From Anaerolineales bacterium (GTDB lineage: Bacteria; Chloroflexota; Anaerolineae; Anaerolineales; UBA6663), in NCBI GenBank assembly GCA_020845955.1, contig JADLEU010000364.1, positions 11,958 to 75,957 of the forward strand: DNA of 64,000 nt, read 5' to 3'. The position numbers and the translations under genes are program-made. Below, piece by piece: positions 48,114-62,388 of this stretch. The notes under the pieces were generated by a model that did no database searches, had not been told where the DNA came from, and was given only the letters and a program-made list of their open reading frames with translations. How positions within the stretch are numbered: position 1 is the stretch's first letter; each line of letters starts with the position of its first letter.

Positions 48114-49556
48114 CTATGACCGCCCGACGGTGTGCAGCAGGATGAAGTTGGCGGGCACGAACCGCGAAGGCGGCAGCCCGGCGATGACGATCACCTGCTG
48201 CCCCGCCCTGACCGGCGAATCGTAGAGCATGCCGGCCTCCACATGGGCCAACATGGCCTCGACGGTGTCGGCCTGTGGAATCAGATAGGCGGTGACACCC
48301 CAGAGCAGCGGCAGGCGCTGGTAAGTCTTGGGGTTGGGCGTGAACGCCAGGATCGGAACGTGAGGGCGCGCTTTGGACATAATGCGGGCGTTGCGGCCCG
48401 TCAGAGTGAAGATGGCAATGGCCGTGACATCGCGGTCGTGGGCCAGTTCGCGGGCAGCGCGCGCCAGGGCCACCGAGTCGTCGGAGGTGGACTCGGTGAC
48501 GCCGTGCCAACGGCCCCACTCCTCGCTGTGGGCTTCGGCCTCCTTGGTGATCGCAGCCATCATCCGCACCGATTCAATCGGATACTCGCCGGTCGCGGTT
48601 TCGCCCGACAGCATGACGGCGTCGCTGCCGTCGTAGATTGCGTTGGCGACGTCGGAGGCTTCCGCCCGGGTCGGGAGCGGGTTGGCAATCATGGACTCCA
48701 GCATCTGCGTAGCAGTGATGACGATCTTGCGCTGCCGGTTGGCGGCCTCGATGATGCGCTTCTGAGCTGTCGGGACTTCCTGCGGCGACAGTTCCACGCC
48801 CAGGTCGCCGCGCGCGACCATCACGCCGTCGGCCACCTGGAGAATGGCCTCCAGGTTTTCCAGGGCGGCCGGCTTCTCGAGCTTGGCGATCACGGGCAGC
48901 TTGGCCGCGTTGGGGTCAATCTCGGCCATGACGCGCTTGACGGCCGCCACGTCCTCCGGCCGGCGAACAAAACTGATGGCGACATAGTCGACGCCCTGAT
49001 TAAGGCCAAACTCCAGATCCTCGCGGTCTTTCTCGGTCAGGCTGGGGATGTTGACCATGACGCCTGGCAGGTTGATGCCCTTATGCTCCTTGAGCAGCCC
49101 GCCATGCACGACGCGCGTATGCACATCTCTGGCCTCCACGCGTTCGACCTGGAGCTCCAGGCGGCCGTCGTCGAGCAGCAAGCGGTCGCCGCGCTGCACA
49201 TCACCCGGCAGACCGCCGTAGGTTGTGGAGACCTCTGCCGCGCTGCCTTCGATGTCGCGGGTCGTGATGGTGAACGGCGCCTGGTCCTTGAGCAGCACCG
49301 CTTCGCCGCCCAGCAGCGTTCCGGTGCGGATTTTGGGGCCTTGCAGATCCTGGAGAATGGCGACGGGCTTGGAGAGGCGGCGCGAAATGCGGCGCACGGC
49401 GGCGATATTAGCGGCGTGCTCAGCGTGGGTGCCGTGCGAGAAGTTCAGGCGGGCGACGTTCATTCCGGCAGCGACGAGCGCGGCCAGCGTGTCTTCCGAG
49501 TTCGTCGCGGGCCCCAGGGTACAAACGATTTTGGTGCGGCGGAGATGGCCGTCCAC
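48114..49556 (-). CDS. pyk: Pyruvate kinase
   Basis: TKIVCTLGPA, RLNFSHG, DLQGPKIR, IAKLEK, MVARGDLGVE, ATQMLESM, MLSGETA; GTG 49556 with GAGG RBS. Confidence 0.97.
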   Translation of the reverse strand: MDGHLRRTKIVCTLGPATNSEDTLAALVAAGMNVARLNFSHGTHAEHAANIAAVRRISRRLSKPVAILQDLQGPKIRTGTLLGGEAVLLKDQAPFTITTRDIEGSAAEVSTTYGGLPGDVQRGDRLLLDDGRLELQVERVEARDVHTRVVHGGLLKEHKGINLPGVMVNIPSLTEKDREDLEFGLNQGVDYVAISFVRRPEDVAAVKRVMAEIDPNAAKLPVIAKLEKPAALENLEAILQVADGVMVARGDLGVELSPQEVPTAQKRIIEAANRQRKIVITATQMLESMIANPLPTRAEASDVANAIYDGSDAVMLSGETATGEYPIESVRMMAAITKEAEAHSEEWGRWHGVTESTSDDSVALARAARELAHDRDVTAIAIFTLTGRNARIMSKARPHVPILAFTPNPKTYQRLPLLWGVTAYLIPQADTVEAMLAHVEAGMLYDSPVRAGQQVIVIAGLPPSRFVPANFILLHTVGRS

Positions 49557-49601
49557 GTATAACCTCAAGACTGCAGGCACAATTTGGAGCTGGATTGCGG
49601 A

Positions 49602-49610
49602 ATTATATCA
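49602..49610 (-). promoter_or_regulatory. Extended -10 promoter (TGaTATAAT) of pyk
   Basis: Perfect TGn-TATAAT 45 nt upstream of the start. Confidence 0.72.
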
Positions 49611-49653
49611 CGCGGCTGGCGGCGAGCCGCAGCGCAGCCAGCGGCGCGGGCGG

Positions 49654-50679
49654 CTATTCGCCCATGCGCCGATCATCGGATGGGGCTGCCGGGGGCAGCG
49701 CCACGGCCGGCGGCGCCAGAGGTTTTGAACGCCGCGACGATCGACCGCTGACGAGCAGCGTCCAGGTCCGATGGGCTAGCCCGCTGCCCAGGCTTTTTTC
49801 GCGCGTTACCAGCAGAACCGAGGCGGCCAGCAGCCCGGCGCCCAGCCACTGGCTTGCGCTGAGGGTTTCACCCAGCCACAACAAGGCCGCGACCACGGTG
49901 ACGAGGAGCTCGCTCAGCCCAATCAAGGCCGTCTGAACCCCACCCAGGCGCTTGACCCCAGTGAAGAGCGATACGCGCGACACCAGGGTGACGAGGGTGA
50001 GGAGCAGCACGGCCTGCCAGGCGGCGGTGCTGGGCGGACTGGCAGGCACCCCGGCCAGGCTGTAGCCGATGGATACGGCGATGGCCATCCCGGTGAGGTT
50101 GTACAGCGCCACGGTTGGCGCCGGGACATCAAATAGAACCCGCTGGCTGATAACAAGGTGGAACGCATACAGCATACCCGCGCCCAGCATCAGCGCGGCG
50201 CCCAGCCGATCGGGCGCGGTCTGGCCGTGGCGGGTGAGCAGGTAGACGGCCGCCAGCGCCAGCAGCATGCGCAGGGTGGTGAAGGTTGAGATCCTCTGGC
50301 CGTCGAGGCGCGAGAACAGGGTCAGAAAAACGGGGTAAAGCGCATAGAGCAGCTGCGCCAGCGAAGCGTCGAGACGGCCCAATCCAGTGTAGTACATCAA
50401 CGATCCCAGGCCGTTGACGATACCTGCCGCCAGGCAGCCGAGCAAGCCAACCGGGTAGATGTAGACGTGGCGACGGCCGAGGAGTAGGAAGAGCGCCCAC
50501 AGGCTGACCATGGCGAACACCGTGCGCAGCGTGACCACCGCCAGAGGCGGCGCGCCGGCCAGCATGGCCTGTTTGCCGAAGATGGGCGCCAGGCCCAAGG
50601 TCCCGGCCGACAGCAGCGCCGCGAAGACTCCCTGCGCCTGATCCTGGTTCCAGCGGCGGGGCCTGAGGTGGGCGAACAT
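49654..50679 (-). CDS. EamA/DMT family transporter
   Basis: Ten TM segments in two repeats; ASLAQLLYALYP, SELLVTVVAALLWLGE. Confidence 0.88.
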   Translation of the reverse strand: MFAHLRPRRWNQDQAQGVFAALLSAGTLGLAPIFGKQAMLAGAPPLAVVTLRTVFAMVSLWALFLLLGRRHVYIYPVGLLGCLAAGIVNGLGSLMYYTGLGRLDASLAQLLYALYPVFLTLFSRLDGQRISTFTTLRMLLALAAVYLLTRHGQTAPDRLGAALMLGAGMLYAFHLVISQRVLFDVPAPTVALYNLTGMAIAVSIGYSLAGVPASPPSTAAWQAVLLLTLVTLVSRVSLFTGVKRLGGVQTALIGLSELLVTVVAALLWLGETLSASQWLGAGLLAASVLLVTREKSLGSGLAHRTWTLLVSGRSSRRSKPLAPPAVALPPAAPSDDRRMGE

Positions 50680-50726
50680 AGTGAGCGAGCCGGCGCGGCT
50701 GCAAGGCGCGCCAGCGGCACCGCCCC

Positions 50727-52436
50727 TCAGGTCAGGGCGCCGAGCACATCCGCCAACAGGTCATCATCCATAAACGAACCCTTCTGCAGGAGCGAATCGA
50801 TCTGTCCATTCAGCCGATGGCGCTCGTCCGGTGCCAGCTCCTTGGCCGTGACCACAATTACGGGGAGGTCGCGCGTCGCGCTGTCGGCTCGCAGCGCGTC
50901 GAGCACGGCAAAGCCGTCCATATCCGGCATCATAAGATCGAGCACAACCAGGTCGGGATGGATCTCGCGGATCAAGCGCAGACCGTCGCGGCCATTGCCG
51001 GCCTCGGAGAGCTGGTAGGCACCCCTGGCCTGCAGGATACGGCGGATCAGGCGGGTGGCCTCCGGGTTGTCATCGATGATGACCACCGAGCGAACCCGCT
51101 CGTCCAGGCGCTGGAGGGCGGCTAGCAGGCCCTCTCTTGGGCGGGCCGCCATCTCCCGCGCGGCCCCGGCGCCTGGCTCGGCCTCGTGCGCGGGCAGCTC
51201 CACGTCGCGCGCCCAGCCCTCGCCGAGGATTTCGTTCTGGATCGGGAAGGTATGGCCGCTGCAGTTGACGACCACTACCTCGTCGGGCCGAATCAGCCCT
51301 GCGCGCACGAGCTTGATCAGCCCGGCGAAGGCCACGGCGGCGGCCGGCTCCATCGACAGGCCTTCCAGTTTGGCTAGGACGTGCAAGGCGCGATAGGCCT
51401 CCTCGTCGCTGACGCTCAGCATGGTCCCGCCATGGGTGCGGATATGATCGCGCAGCATCTGATAGCCGCGGCCCGGGTTGCCGGTCGCGAGCGTCGCAAT
51501 GTGCGTGCGCGGGCTGTGGACGACGTCGGGCGCCGCGCGGTTCTGCGCGAAGGCCGTCACCATGGGGGCGCAGCCTTCGGCCTGGATGCAGGCCAGCGCC
51601 GGCAGCTTGTCGACCAGGCCCATGGACTTGAGCTCAACGAAGCCCTTCATGACACCCGCCGGCCCGAGGCCGCCGCTGACCGACTGAACGTACCAATCGG
51701 GGGCCCGCCAGGGTGGCGGGCCGGCCGCGCCGTTCGAGGGCACGCCCAGCGCGCGAGCCAACTCTTCGGCCAACTCGAAGGCAATGGTCTTCATGCTCTC
51801 GACCGCGGCGATGCTGCGCAGGCCGCGGTCGTAGTACATGCCGCGCTGAGTGGCAAACTGCGCGGCCAATTCCTTGGCGCGGTCATAGGTCGAGGCGACT
51901 TTGATGACCTGGGCCCCGTAAAGGGCGCATTCGCGCATCTTTTCGGCCGGCACGAGCGAGGTCAGAAAGGCGTAGAGCTTGATGCCGGCCCGGGCGCAAT
52001 ACGCGGCGTAAGAAATGGCCACGTTGCCAGTGGAGGCCACCACCGCCTGCGTCAGGTTGTTCTCTTTCATCACCGACACGGCCAGGGCGGCCTGCCGGTC
52101 TTTGAACGAGCCGGTTGGACCCTGGCGCTCGTCCTTGACGAACAGGTTGGGGCGCCCCAGCATCAGGCCCAGGCTGGCGGCGCGCACCAGCGGCGTGCCG
52201 CCTTCGCCCAACGTGACGATATTATCGGGGTCGTTCAGCGGCAGCAGTTCACGAAAGCGCCAGAGGCTGTGGCGGCGCTGAACCGCCTGGCGGATGAGTT
52301 GCGGCCCCAGACTGGCGTAGTCATAGCGCGCTGACAGCCACTCGCCGCTGCAATGGGGGCACTGAAAGGCAGTCGACGGCAAGGCCGCCGAGCTCTGGCC
52401 GCAGTCGGCGCAGACTAAGGCGAAGTTCCCAGGCAT
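50727..52436 (-). CDS. Threonine synthase-like fold-type II PLP enzyme fused to a C-terminal receiver (REC) domain
   Basis: CxxC..CxxC N-terminus, LGEGGTPL, GSFKDR (Lys at 52101-03), ASTGN, EGLSMEPAAA; then IIDDNP, VLDLMMPDMDG (Asp at 50937-39), VVTAKE, LQKG. Confidence 0.9.
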   Translation of the reverse strand: MPGNFALVCADCGQSSAALPSTAFQCPHCSGEWLSARYDYASLGPQLIRQAVQRRHSLWRFRELLPLNDPDNIVTLGEGGTPLVRAASLGLMLGRPNLFVKDERQGPTGSFKDRQAALAVSVMKENNLTQAVVASTGNVAISYAAYCARAGIKLYAFLTSLVPAEKMRECALYGAQVIKVASTYDRAKELAAQFATQRGMYYDRGLRSIAAVESMKTIAFELAEELARALGVPSNGAAGPPPWRAPDWYVQSVSGGLGPAGVMKGFVELKSMGLVDKLPALACIQAEGCAPMVTAFAQNRAAPDVVHSPRTHIATLATGNPGRGYQMLRDHIRTHGGTMLSVSDEEAYRALHVLAKLEGLSMEPAAAVAFAGLIKLVRAGLIRPDEVVVVNCSGHTFPIQNEILGEGWARDVELPAHEAEPGAGAAREMAARPREGLLAALQRLDERVRSVVIIDDNPEATRLIRRILQARGAYQLSEAGNGRDGLRLIREIHPDLVVLDLMMPDMDGFAVLDALRADSATRDLPVIVVTAKELAPDERHRLNGQIDSLLQKGSFMDDDLLADVLGALT

Positions 52437-52446
52437 GCGGAGTCGA

Positions 52447-56451
<4,005 letters not shown>

Positions 56452-57195
56452 ACACGCTCAATTCATCAGCCAGCGCGCGGTATTGCTGCGCCGCGCGGCT
56501 GCTGGGCGCATAGCTCGTGATCGGCTGGCCAAAGACCTGGCTTTCGCGGAGCTTGGGGTCAATGTCGATGGTGGTATCCAGGACGGCTGCCCCAAAGGCG
56601 CCGCGCAACTGGTCGAGGATGCCGCGATGGACGCGGTTGCCGCGGTCGAACATGGTGACGACGATGCGGTAGCTGAGCTGCGGGTTCGTTCGGGCCCGCA
56701 CGCGGCGGACCAGGTCCAGCACTTCGCCCAGGCCATGGGTTGAGAAATACTCGCATTGGGTGGGGATGAGGAGCATGTTGGCCGCCGTCAGGGCTGTATA
56801 GGGGATAGCGCCGGTCGACGGTGGGCAATCGACGAGCACGATTTCAAAGGTGTGGGCGGCGGCCAGGGCGCTGCGCAGCGTATACTCGTAATCCTGGCGC
56901 ACGGTCAAGAAGCGCTCCACTAGGTGCATAGCAGAGTTGGCCGGCAGCACATCGAGGCCGGCGATGGCGGTGGCGCGGCTGACGCTGACGGCACTGAGGT
57001 TGCCCAGGAGCACGTCGGCGGCGCCACGGCGCAGGCCGTTGACCGGCAGGCCGAGGGCGAGGCTGAGGTTGGCCTGCGGGTCCAGGTCCACGGCTAGCAC
57101 CTCGAAGCCGCGCTCGACCATGGCCGCCCCCAACGACACGCAAGTCGTGGTCTTGGCCACGCCCCCCTTCTGGTTGCTGACGGCGATCACGGTCC

Positions 57196-60100
57196 TCACG
57201 GGCCGTTATCCCCGCGGGCGGTTTCGCCTCCGCCAGCGCCATTGGACGGGTGGGCGCCGTTGCCGGCCGCCGAACCCGGCTCGGCCCCCGTGAGCGGGCG
57301 CAGCCCGCCGGTTCCGCGCCGCCGCTGGGGGGCGCGGAACCCGCCGCTGGGCAAATCCAAACGGACCGCCACCCGCGTGACGCCAAGCGCCTGGCGAAGC
57401 TCGGACACCGCGGTGCGCAGCATCCCGTCCATGTCTTCCGCTGCCCGGATTTTGCTGGTAATTTCGACCACCAGGCGCTCCCGGCGGGCTTGGCGCGCGG
57501 TCTGGTTGAACAAGCGCGCGTTCTGCAGGGCCACGGCCAACTGGTCGGCGATGGCGACCAAGATGGCGACGTCTTCGGGGCCAAACGCGTGGGGCGCGGT
57601 GCTTTGCACGTCGAGGGCGCCCACGATGGAAGCGCCGCTGAGCAGCGGCACCACCGCTTCCGCGCGCGTTTCCGGCAGCAGCGGGTTCTTGAGGTGGTTT
57701 GGATCGGTGGTCACGTCCTGCGCCACGACCGGCTGCTGGGTGGCCGTGGCCAATCCGACCAGCGACCGCGACCCCACGGCCAAGGCGTGCTGGCGGGCCT
57801 TGAGGATCGCGCCGGCGTCGCCGGTGGATTCGCGCAGGACAGCCGCCTGGCCGTCCGGATCGATCATGAAGACGGAGGCGTGATAGTAGCCAAAGCGCTC
57901 GCGGATCAGGTTAACGGTCGTGCGCAGCAGCTCGTCGCGGTCCAGCGAGGCGGTCATGGCCCGGGCCACGTCAGCCGCGGCGGCCAGCAGTTGGGCTCGG
58001 CGCTGCGCGGTTGCCTGCGCGGCCTTGAGCGCTGCCTCGGCCTGTTTGTGGGCAGTGACGTCGAACAGCATGCCGCGGATCGTCAGTGGACGGCCAGATC
58101 CTTGGGCGAAGGCCTGCGACTGGTTGTGGAACCAGATGACGCGCCCATCGCGGGTGAGCGAGCGATACTCGATATCGAGCGCGGCGCCGAGGGCGTTCTG
58201 GCGCGCCACTTCCTTGAGCACCCCCGCGCGGTCGTCGGGGTGCAGCAGCTTGACCCACAGCTCGGGATCCGCCAGCCACTCCTCGGGCGTATAACCCAGC
58301 AGCGGCTGTACTTGCGGGCTGATGTAGGTAGTCTGCCGCAAGGCCCCGCCGGCGAGCGCTTCCGCGGCGTAGATGATGGCCGGCAGCTGCTCCACCAGCG
58401 AGCGATAGCGCTCTTCGGCCGCCCGCAGCTGCTCGTTGGCCGCTTTGCGCTCGGTGATGTCCTCCGATATCCCGACCATGAACTTCGGCTGGCCGCTCTC
58501 GTCCAGGATCGGGATTTTGCGCGTGTGCAGCCAGCGGGTGCCGCGCCCGCGGGTCTGGATCGGCTCTTCGGCGATCTCGATCATGCGCCGGGCCTCGAGG
58601 ACCTCGCGGTCCTTGCTGAAGAAGTGATGGGCCTCCTCGACCGGGAAGACGTCCGAATCGCTCTTGCCGAGCATTTCCTCGCGCGACAGGCCGACCAGGC
58701 TCTCGGCCGCGCGGTTCCAGCGCACGAAGCGCAAGTCCTGAGCGTCTTTCACAAACAGCATCGAGGGCAGATTCTCGATGATCGAATCGAGGAAGCTCTG
58801 CGCCTGCTGGGTGGCAGCCAGCAGCTGCGCGTTGCGCAGGGCGACAGCGAGCTGGTCCGCCATCGTCTGCAGCACGGCCACGTCGGCTTGGCCGAAGGCG
58901 CCCGCCAGGGTCGACTGGACGTCCAGCGCGCCCAGCACGTGGCCGCCAACGACCAGCGGCAGGGCGATCTCGGAGCGCGTATCGGGGAGGAGCGGGTTGG
59001 CGAAGCGGACCGGCTCGGCGCCCACATCCAGCGCAATGCGCGCGCGCCGGTTGGCCGTGGCCCAGCCGACCATCGAGTTGCCGCCCACCTCCAGCTTGTG
59101 CCCGCGTTCGAGCAGCGCTCGGCCGGCCTCGCCGGTGGCGTGGCGCAGCTCCGCCCAGGCGCCGCTGTCGTCGACGAGGAACAAGGCCGCGTATTGCACG
59201 CCCGCGCTGCGCGCGAAGCGCTCACGGATCAGCTCGACCGATTGGATGATCAAGTCGTCGGGGTTCAGGACCGAGATGGCGGTGCGGCTGACGTCGGCCG
59301 CAGTAGCCAGTTGCTCGGCTCGGCGCTGGGTCTCCGCGAACAGCCGCGCGTTCTGCAGCGCTGCGACCATCTGGTAGGCCACCGCGTTGAGCGCGGTCAC
59401 TTCGCGCTGGCCGTACTGGTTGTACTGGTAGCTCTGCACGGAGAGTACGCCGCCCACCTCGGCGCCGAAGTACAGCGGCAGGAAGAGCAGCGAGGCCGAG
59501 ACCTTGCTGGCATCGCCGATCGCCCGATCGGGCGAAAGCTCGCGCTGGGCGACTTCCGCGGGTGTGCGGTTGATGACGACTGTCTCGCCGGTGTGCAGCA
59601 CGCGCTCAATCATGCCGCCCGGCGCGGGCAGGCGCGGCCCCTCGGCGTAGCGCTGGCCGCTATCGTAGATGAGGGGCGTGTTCTGCAGGCCCGTGCTGCG
59701 GTCGTAAAGCGTGACAAAGAATGCGTCCAGTGGGGTCAGCCGCTGCAGGTGCTGGTAGACGGTTTCCAAGACCTGTACCGGCTCCAGCGTCTGCGACACG
59801 GCGCGGGCGAAGTCGTTGAGCACGGCCAGCTCGGACGCGCGCTTTTCGGTCTGCTGGAAGAGCCGAGCGTTCTGCAGCGCCACGCCGACTGTAGCGGCCA
59901 CGGTGGTGAGCAGGCGCGCGTCGGCTTCGCTGAAGGCGCCTTCCTGGTCCAGATCCTGGACGCTGATGGCGCCCAAGACCTCGTCGCCGGCCAGGACCGG
60001 CACGGCCAGGAACGAGCGCGCCGGGCGTCCTGAGACGCGGGCGCCAAGCTCAGCCACACGCTGCTCGACGTCGCGGACGAGCAGCAGCGGCTGCCGGGTC

Positions 60101-62388
60101 TGAATGACGATCGACGTCAGGCCCTGCCCAAGCGGGAACGGATCGACCTGGATGCGCTGGCCGCCATCGACCATGTAGGGCATCGAGATCATGTTGGTGG
60201 CGCGGTCGTACAGGGCCAGGAAGGCGTTGTCGCGCCGGAAGACCTCGCGCAGCTTGTCGACCACGAGCTCAGTGAGCGCGCTCAAGTCCAGGCGCCCCGA
60301 CAGCGCCTGGCTGATGTCGTTCAGAATGACCAGCTCCGATAAGCGCTGCTGCGTCTCCGCCAACAGGCGGGCGTTTTCGAGGGTAGCGGCGGCCTGGGCG
60401 GCGTACAGCAGCGCGATCTGCTCGTCGTCGGCCGTGAAGGCCCGGCCTGGGGCCGAGTGCGTGAGCACCAGCACCCCAAGCCCTTGACCTTGCCAGGTCA
60501 TGGGGACGGCCAGGGCGGCCTGGACCGGCGCGCCGGCCGTGCCCTCGCGCGCCTGAGACCAGTCCGCCAGCTCACCAGCCCGCAAGGGCTGGCCGGCGCG
60601 GATGACCTGCCCGGCCAGGCCCTCGCCGTGCTTGAGGCGCTGTCCGACTGATGCCGGCGGCCCGAGGCCAACGCTAGCGCGCAATTCAATCTCGTCTGGG
60701 CTGCCGAGCAGCCAGACTGCAGCGCCATCCGCCCCGAACAGCCGCTGCGCTCCACGGCAGATCTGGTCGAGCGCCTGCTGCGGGCTGAACTGGGGACCGG
60801 TCAGCTCGAGCGCGCTTTCCGACAGGCTGGCGAGCTGCTGCGCGCGGAGGCGCGTTTGCTCGAAGAGCTGGGCGCTTTCCAGGGCCAGCGCCATGCGGTC
60901 GGCAACCGCCGCGACCAAGTCCAGGTCCTCACCCGTCCAGGCCTCGCCCTCGCGTTTCAGCTCGAGCACGCCCAGTTGCTGGGCGCCGAAGCGCAGCGGC
61001 ACCTGGATCGCGCTGCTGGTTGACGTGCCGGCGCTCGGCGAGGCCGCCGGCTCGGCTTCGGACAGGGGGCGCACGTCGATGCCGTCGTAGCGGAAGGCGG
61101 CCGCGCCCGCCGGGCCGCCCCAGCCCGCGGCTTGGCGGGTGGCCTGCTGCAGGATCTGAAGCTCGGCTAGCCGGCGCTCGGTTTCCTGCAGCAGGCGCGC
61201 GTTGTCCAGCGCCAGGCCCAACTGGTCAGCCAGGCTTTGCAGCACCTCGACGTCTTCCGCGCTAAAGGCATCGCTGTCGACGGACTGCACGTCCAGGGCG
61301 CCCAGGAGGACGCCGCGCGCGCGCAGCGGCACGGCCGCTTCCGAGCGCGTGTCGGCCAGGTCGGGGTTGACGAAGTGCAGCGTGTCGGCGCTGACCTGGC
61401 GCGCCACACGGGACTGTCCCGTGCTGGTGACGTGCCCGACGATGCCCTCCTGGCCTACCCGCAGGCGGTGGCTGCGCGCCAGCAGGCGCTGGCCGCCGGG
61501 GCTGTTTGTGGCGCTGAGAATCGCCCATTCGCGGGCATCATCCAGGAGGAACAGGCCGGTGTGGTAGTAGCCAAAGCGCTCGCTGATCCAGTTGACACTC
61601 GTCTGGAGGAGCTCATCGACGCTGTGCGTGGCAGCGGCAGCGCGGGCCACCTCGGCGCTGAGCGCCAGCAAGGCCGCGCGGCGTTCAAGCGCCCTGGCCT
61701 GGACTTCCTGCTCGCGGCGCGCGGCCTCGGCCTCGCGCCCGGTGGCTTCCAGCGCGGCCGATTCCAGTGCCAGCCGGGCCTGCGCGGCCTCCAGGATCGC
61801 CTTGTCCTGCGCAGCCGCGGCGGCGAACCGCCGGGTGGCAAGAAACTGGCGCTGCGGGATGATCAAGCCGACCATGACCAGCAGCAGGCTCATGGCGCCC
61901 GCCAGCCAATTGGCGAACGAGGCGGGGTCGTTGGGGGCGCCGACCAGCAGGCCGGTGCTGAAGCCGGCCGCGGTCGCCAGCCAGGCGGCTAGGGCCAGCG
62001 CCGCCGCCGTGATGCCGGCCCGCGTGCCGAACACCGCGGTGGCAATCACCGCGAAGGCCGCCAGATAGAGGCGCCCGGCGCCAGACAGACCAAGGGTCAC
62101 CAGGCTGATCACCGCCACGGCCAGCAGCAGCGCCAGGAAGACGCCAGCGCGCCAGGCGAAGGGCAAGCGCCGCCCAAGCGCCAGCCCAGCCAGAACGAGG
62201 AACATGACGCCATAGAGCGCGTTCGCGATCCAATCGGGATTGGCGAGCGAGGACAGAATATTAGCGACGAGTGCCAGCAGCGCCACGCCGAGGGTGCCGC
62301 GGACGATCTGATGCAGGGCCTCTTCGCGAGTGGCCAGCAGCGCGTCCGTTTGGGCGGCGGCGCCCGGCGGGGCCAACCAGCGCCTCAC
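57196..62388 (-). CDS. 1730-aa membrane sensor: about 5-6 N-terminal TM, six GAF, one mini-GAF, two PAS, no catalytic output domain
   Basis: Repeated ...QLAVALxNARL GAF ends, RFGYYH GAF subfamily, two PAS/PAC (DITERK, DVTAHK); ends in a GAF N-terminal fragment. Confidence 0.9.
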   Translation of the reverse strand: MRRWLAPPGAAAQTDALLATREEALHQIVRGTLGVALLALVANILSSLANPDWIANALYGVMFLVLAGLALGRRLPFAWRAGVFLALLLAVAVISLVTLGLSGAGRLYLAAFAVIATAVFGTRAGITAAALALAAWLATAAGFSTGLLVGAPNDPASFANWLAGAMSLLLVMVGLIIPQRQFLATRRFAAAAAQDKAILEAAQARLALESAALEATGREAEAARREQEVQARALERRAALLALSAEVARAAAATHSVDELLQTSVNWISERFGYYHTGLFLLDDAREWAILSATNSPGGQRLLARSHRLRVGQEGIVGHVTSTGQSRVARQVSADTLHFVNPDLADTRSEAAVPLRARGVLLGALDVQSVDSDAFSAEDVEVLQSLADQLGLALDNARLLQETERRLAELQILQQATRQAAGWGGPAGAAAFRYDGIDVRPLSEAEPAASPSAGTSTSSAIQVPLRFGAQQLGVLELKREGEAWTGEDLDLVAAVADRMALALESAQLFEQTRLRAQQLASLSESALELTGPQFSPQQALDQICRGAQRLFGADGAAVWLLGSPDEIELRASVGLGPPASVGQRLKHGEGLAGQVIRAGQPLRAGELADWSQAREGTAGAPVQAALAVPMTWQGQGLGVLVLTHSAPGRAFTADDEQIALLYAAQAAATLENARLLAETQQRLSELVILNDISQALSGRLDLSALTELVVDKLREVFRRDNAFLALYDRATNMISMPYMVDGGQRIQVDPFPLGQGLTSIVIQTRQPLLLVRDVEQRVAELGARVSGRPARSFLAVPVLAGDEVLGAISVQDLDQEGAFSEADARLLTTVAATVGVALQNARLFQQTEKRASELAVLNDFARAVSQTLEPVQVLETVYQHLQRLTPLDAFFVTLYDRSTGLQNTPLIYDSGQRYAEGPRLPAPGGMIERVLHTGETVVINRTPAEVAQRELSPDRAIGDASKVSASLLFLPLYFGAEVGGVLSVQSYQYNQYGQREVTALNAVAYQMVAALQNARLFAETQRRAEQLATAADVSRTAISVLNPDDLIIQSVELIRERFARSAGVQYAALFLVDDSGAWAELRHATGEAGRALLERGHKLEVGGNSMVGWATANRRARIALDVGAEPVRFANPLLPDTRSEIALPLVVGGHVLGALDVQSTLAGAFGQADVAVLQTMADQLAVALRNAQLLAATQQAQSFLDSIIENLPSMLFVKDAQDLRFVRWNRAAESLVGLSREEMLGKSDSDVFPVEEAHHFFSKDREVLEARRMIEIAEEPIQTRGRGTRWLHTRKIPILDESGQPKFMVGISEDITERKAANEQLRAAEERYRSLVEQLPAIIYAAEALAGGALRQTTYISPQVQPLLGYTPEEWLADPELWVKLLHPDDRAGVLKEVARQNALGAALDIEYRSLTRDGRVIWFHNQSQAFAQGSGRPLTIRGMLFDVTAHKQAEAALKAAQATAQRRAQLLAAAADVARAMTASLDRDELLRTTVNLIRERFGYYHASVFMIDPDGQAAVLRESTGDAGAILKARQHALAVGSRSLVGLATATQQPVVAQDVTTDPNHLKNPLLPETRAEAVVPLLSGASIVGALDVQSTAPHAFGPEDVAILVAIADQLAVALQNARLFNQTARQARRERLVVEITSKIRAAEDMDGMLRTAVSELRQALGVTRVAVRLDLPSGGFRAPQRRRGTGGLRPLTGAEPGSAAGNGAHPSNGAGGGETARGDNGP

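Noticed and set aside
57250-60033. 927-aa plus-strand ORF (also 52531-54165, 62271-63809, 30122-31210, 48132-49562)
   Set aside because: Antisense shadows of well-supported genes, with R/G/A-rich composition and no RBS or motifs
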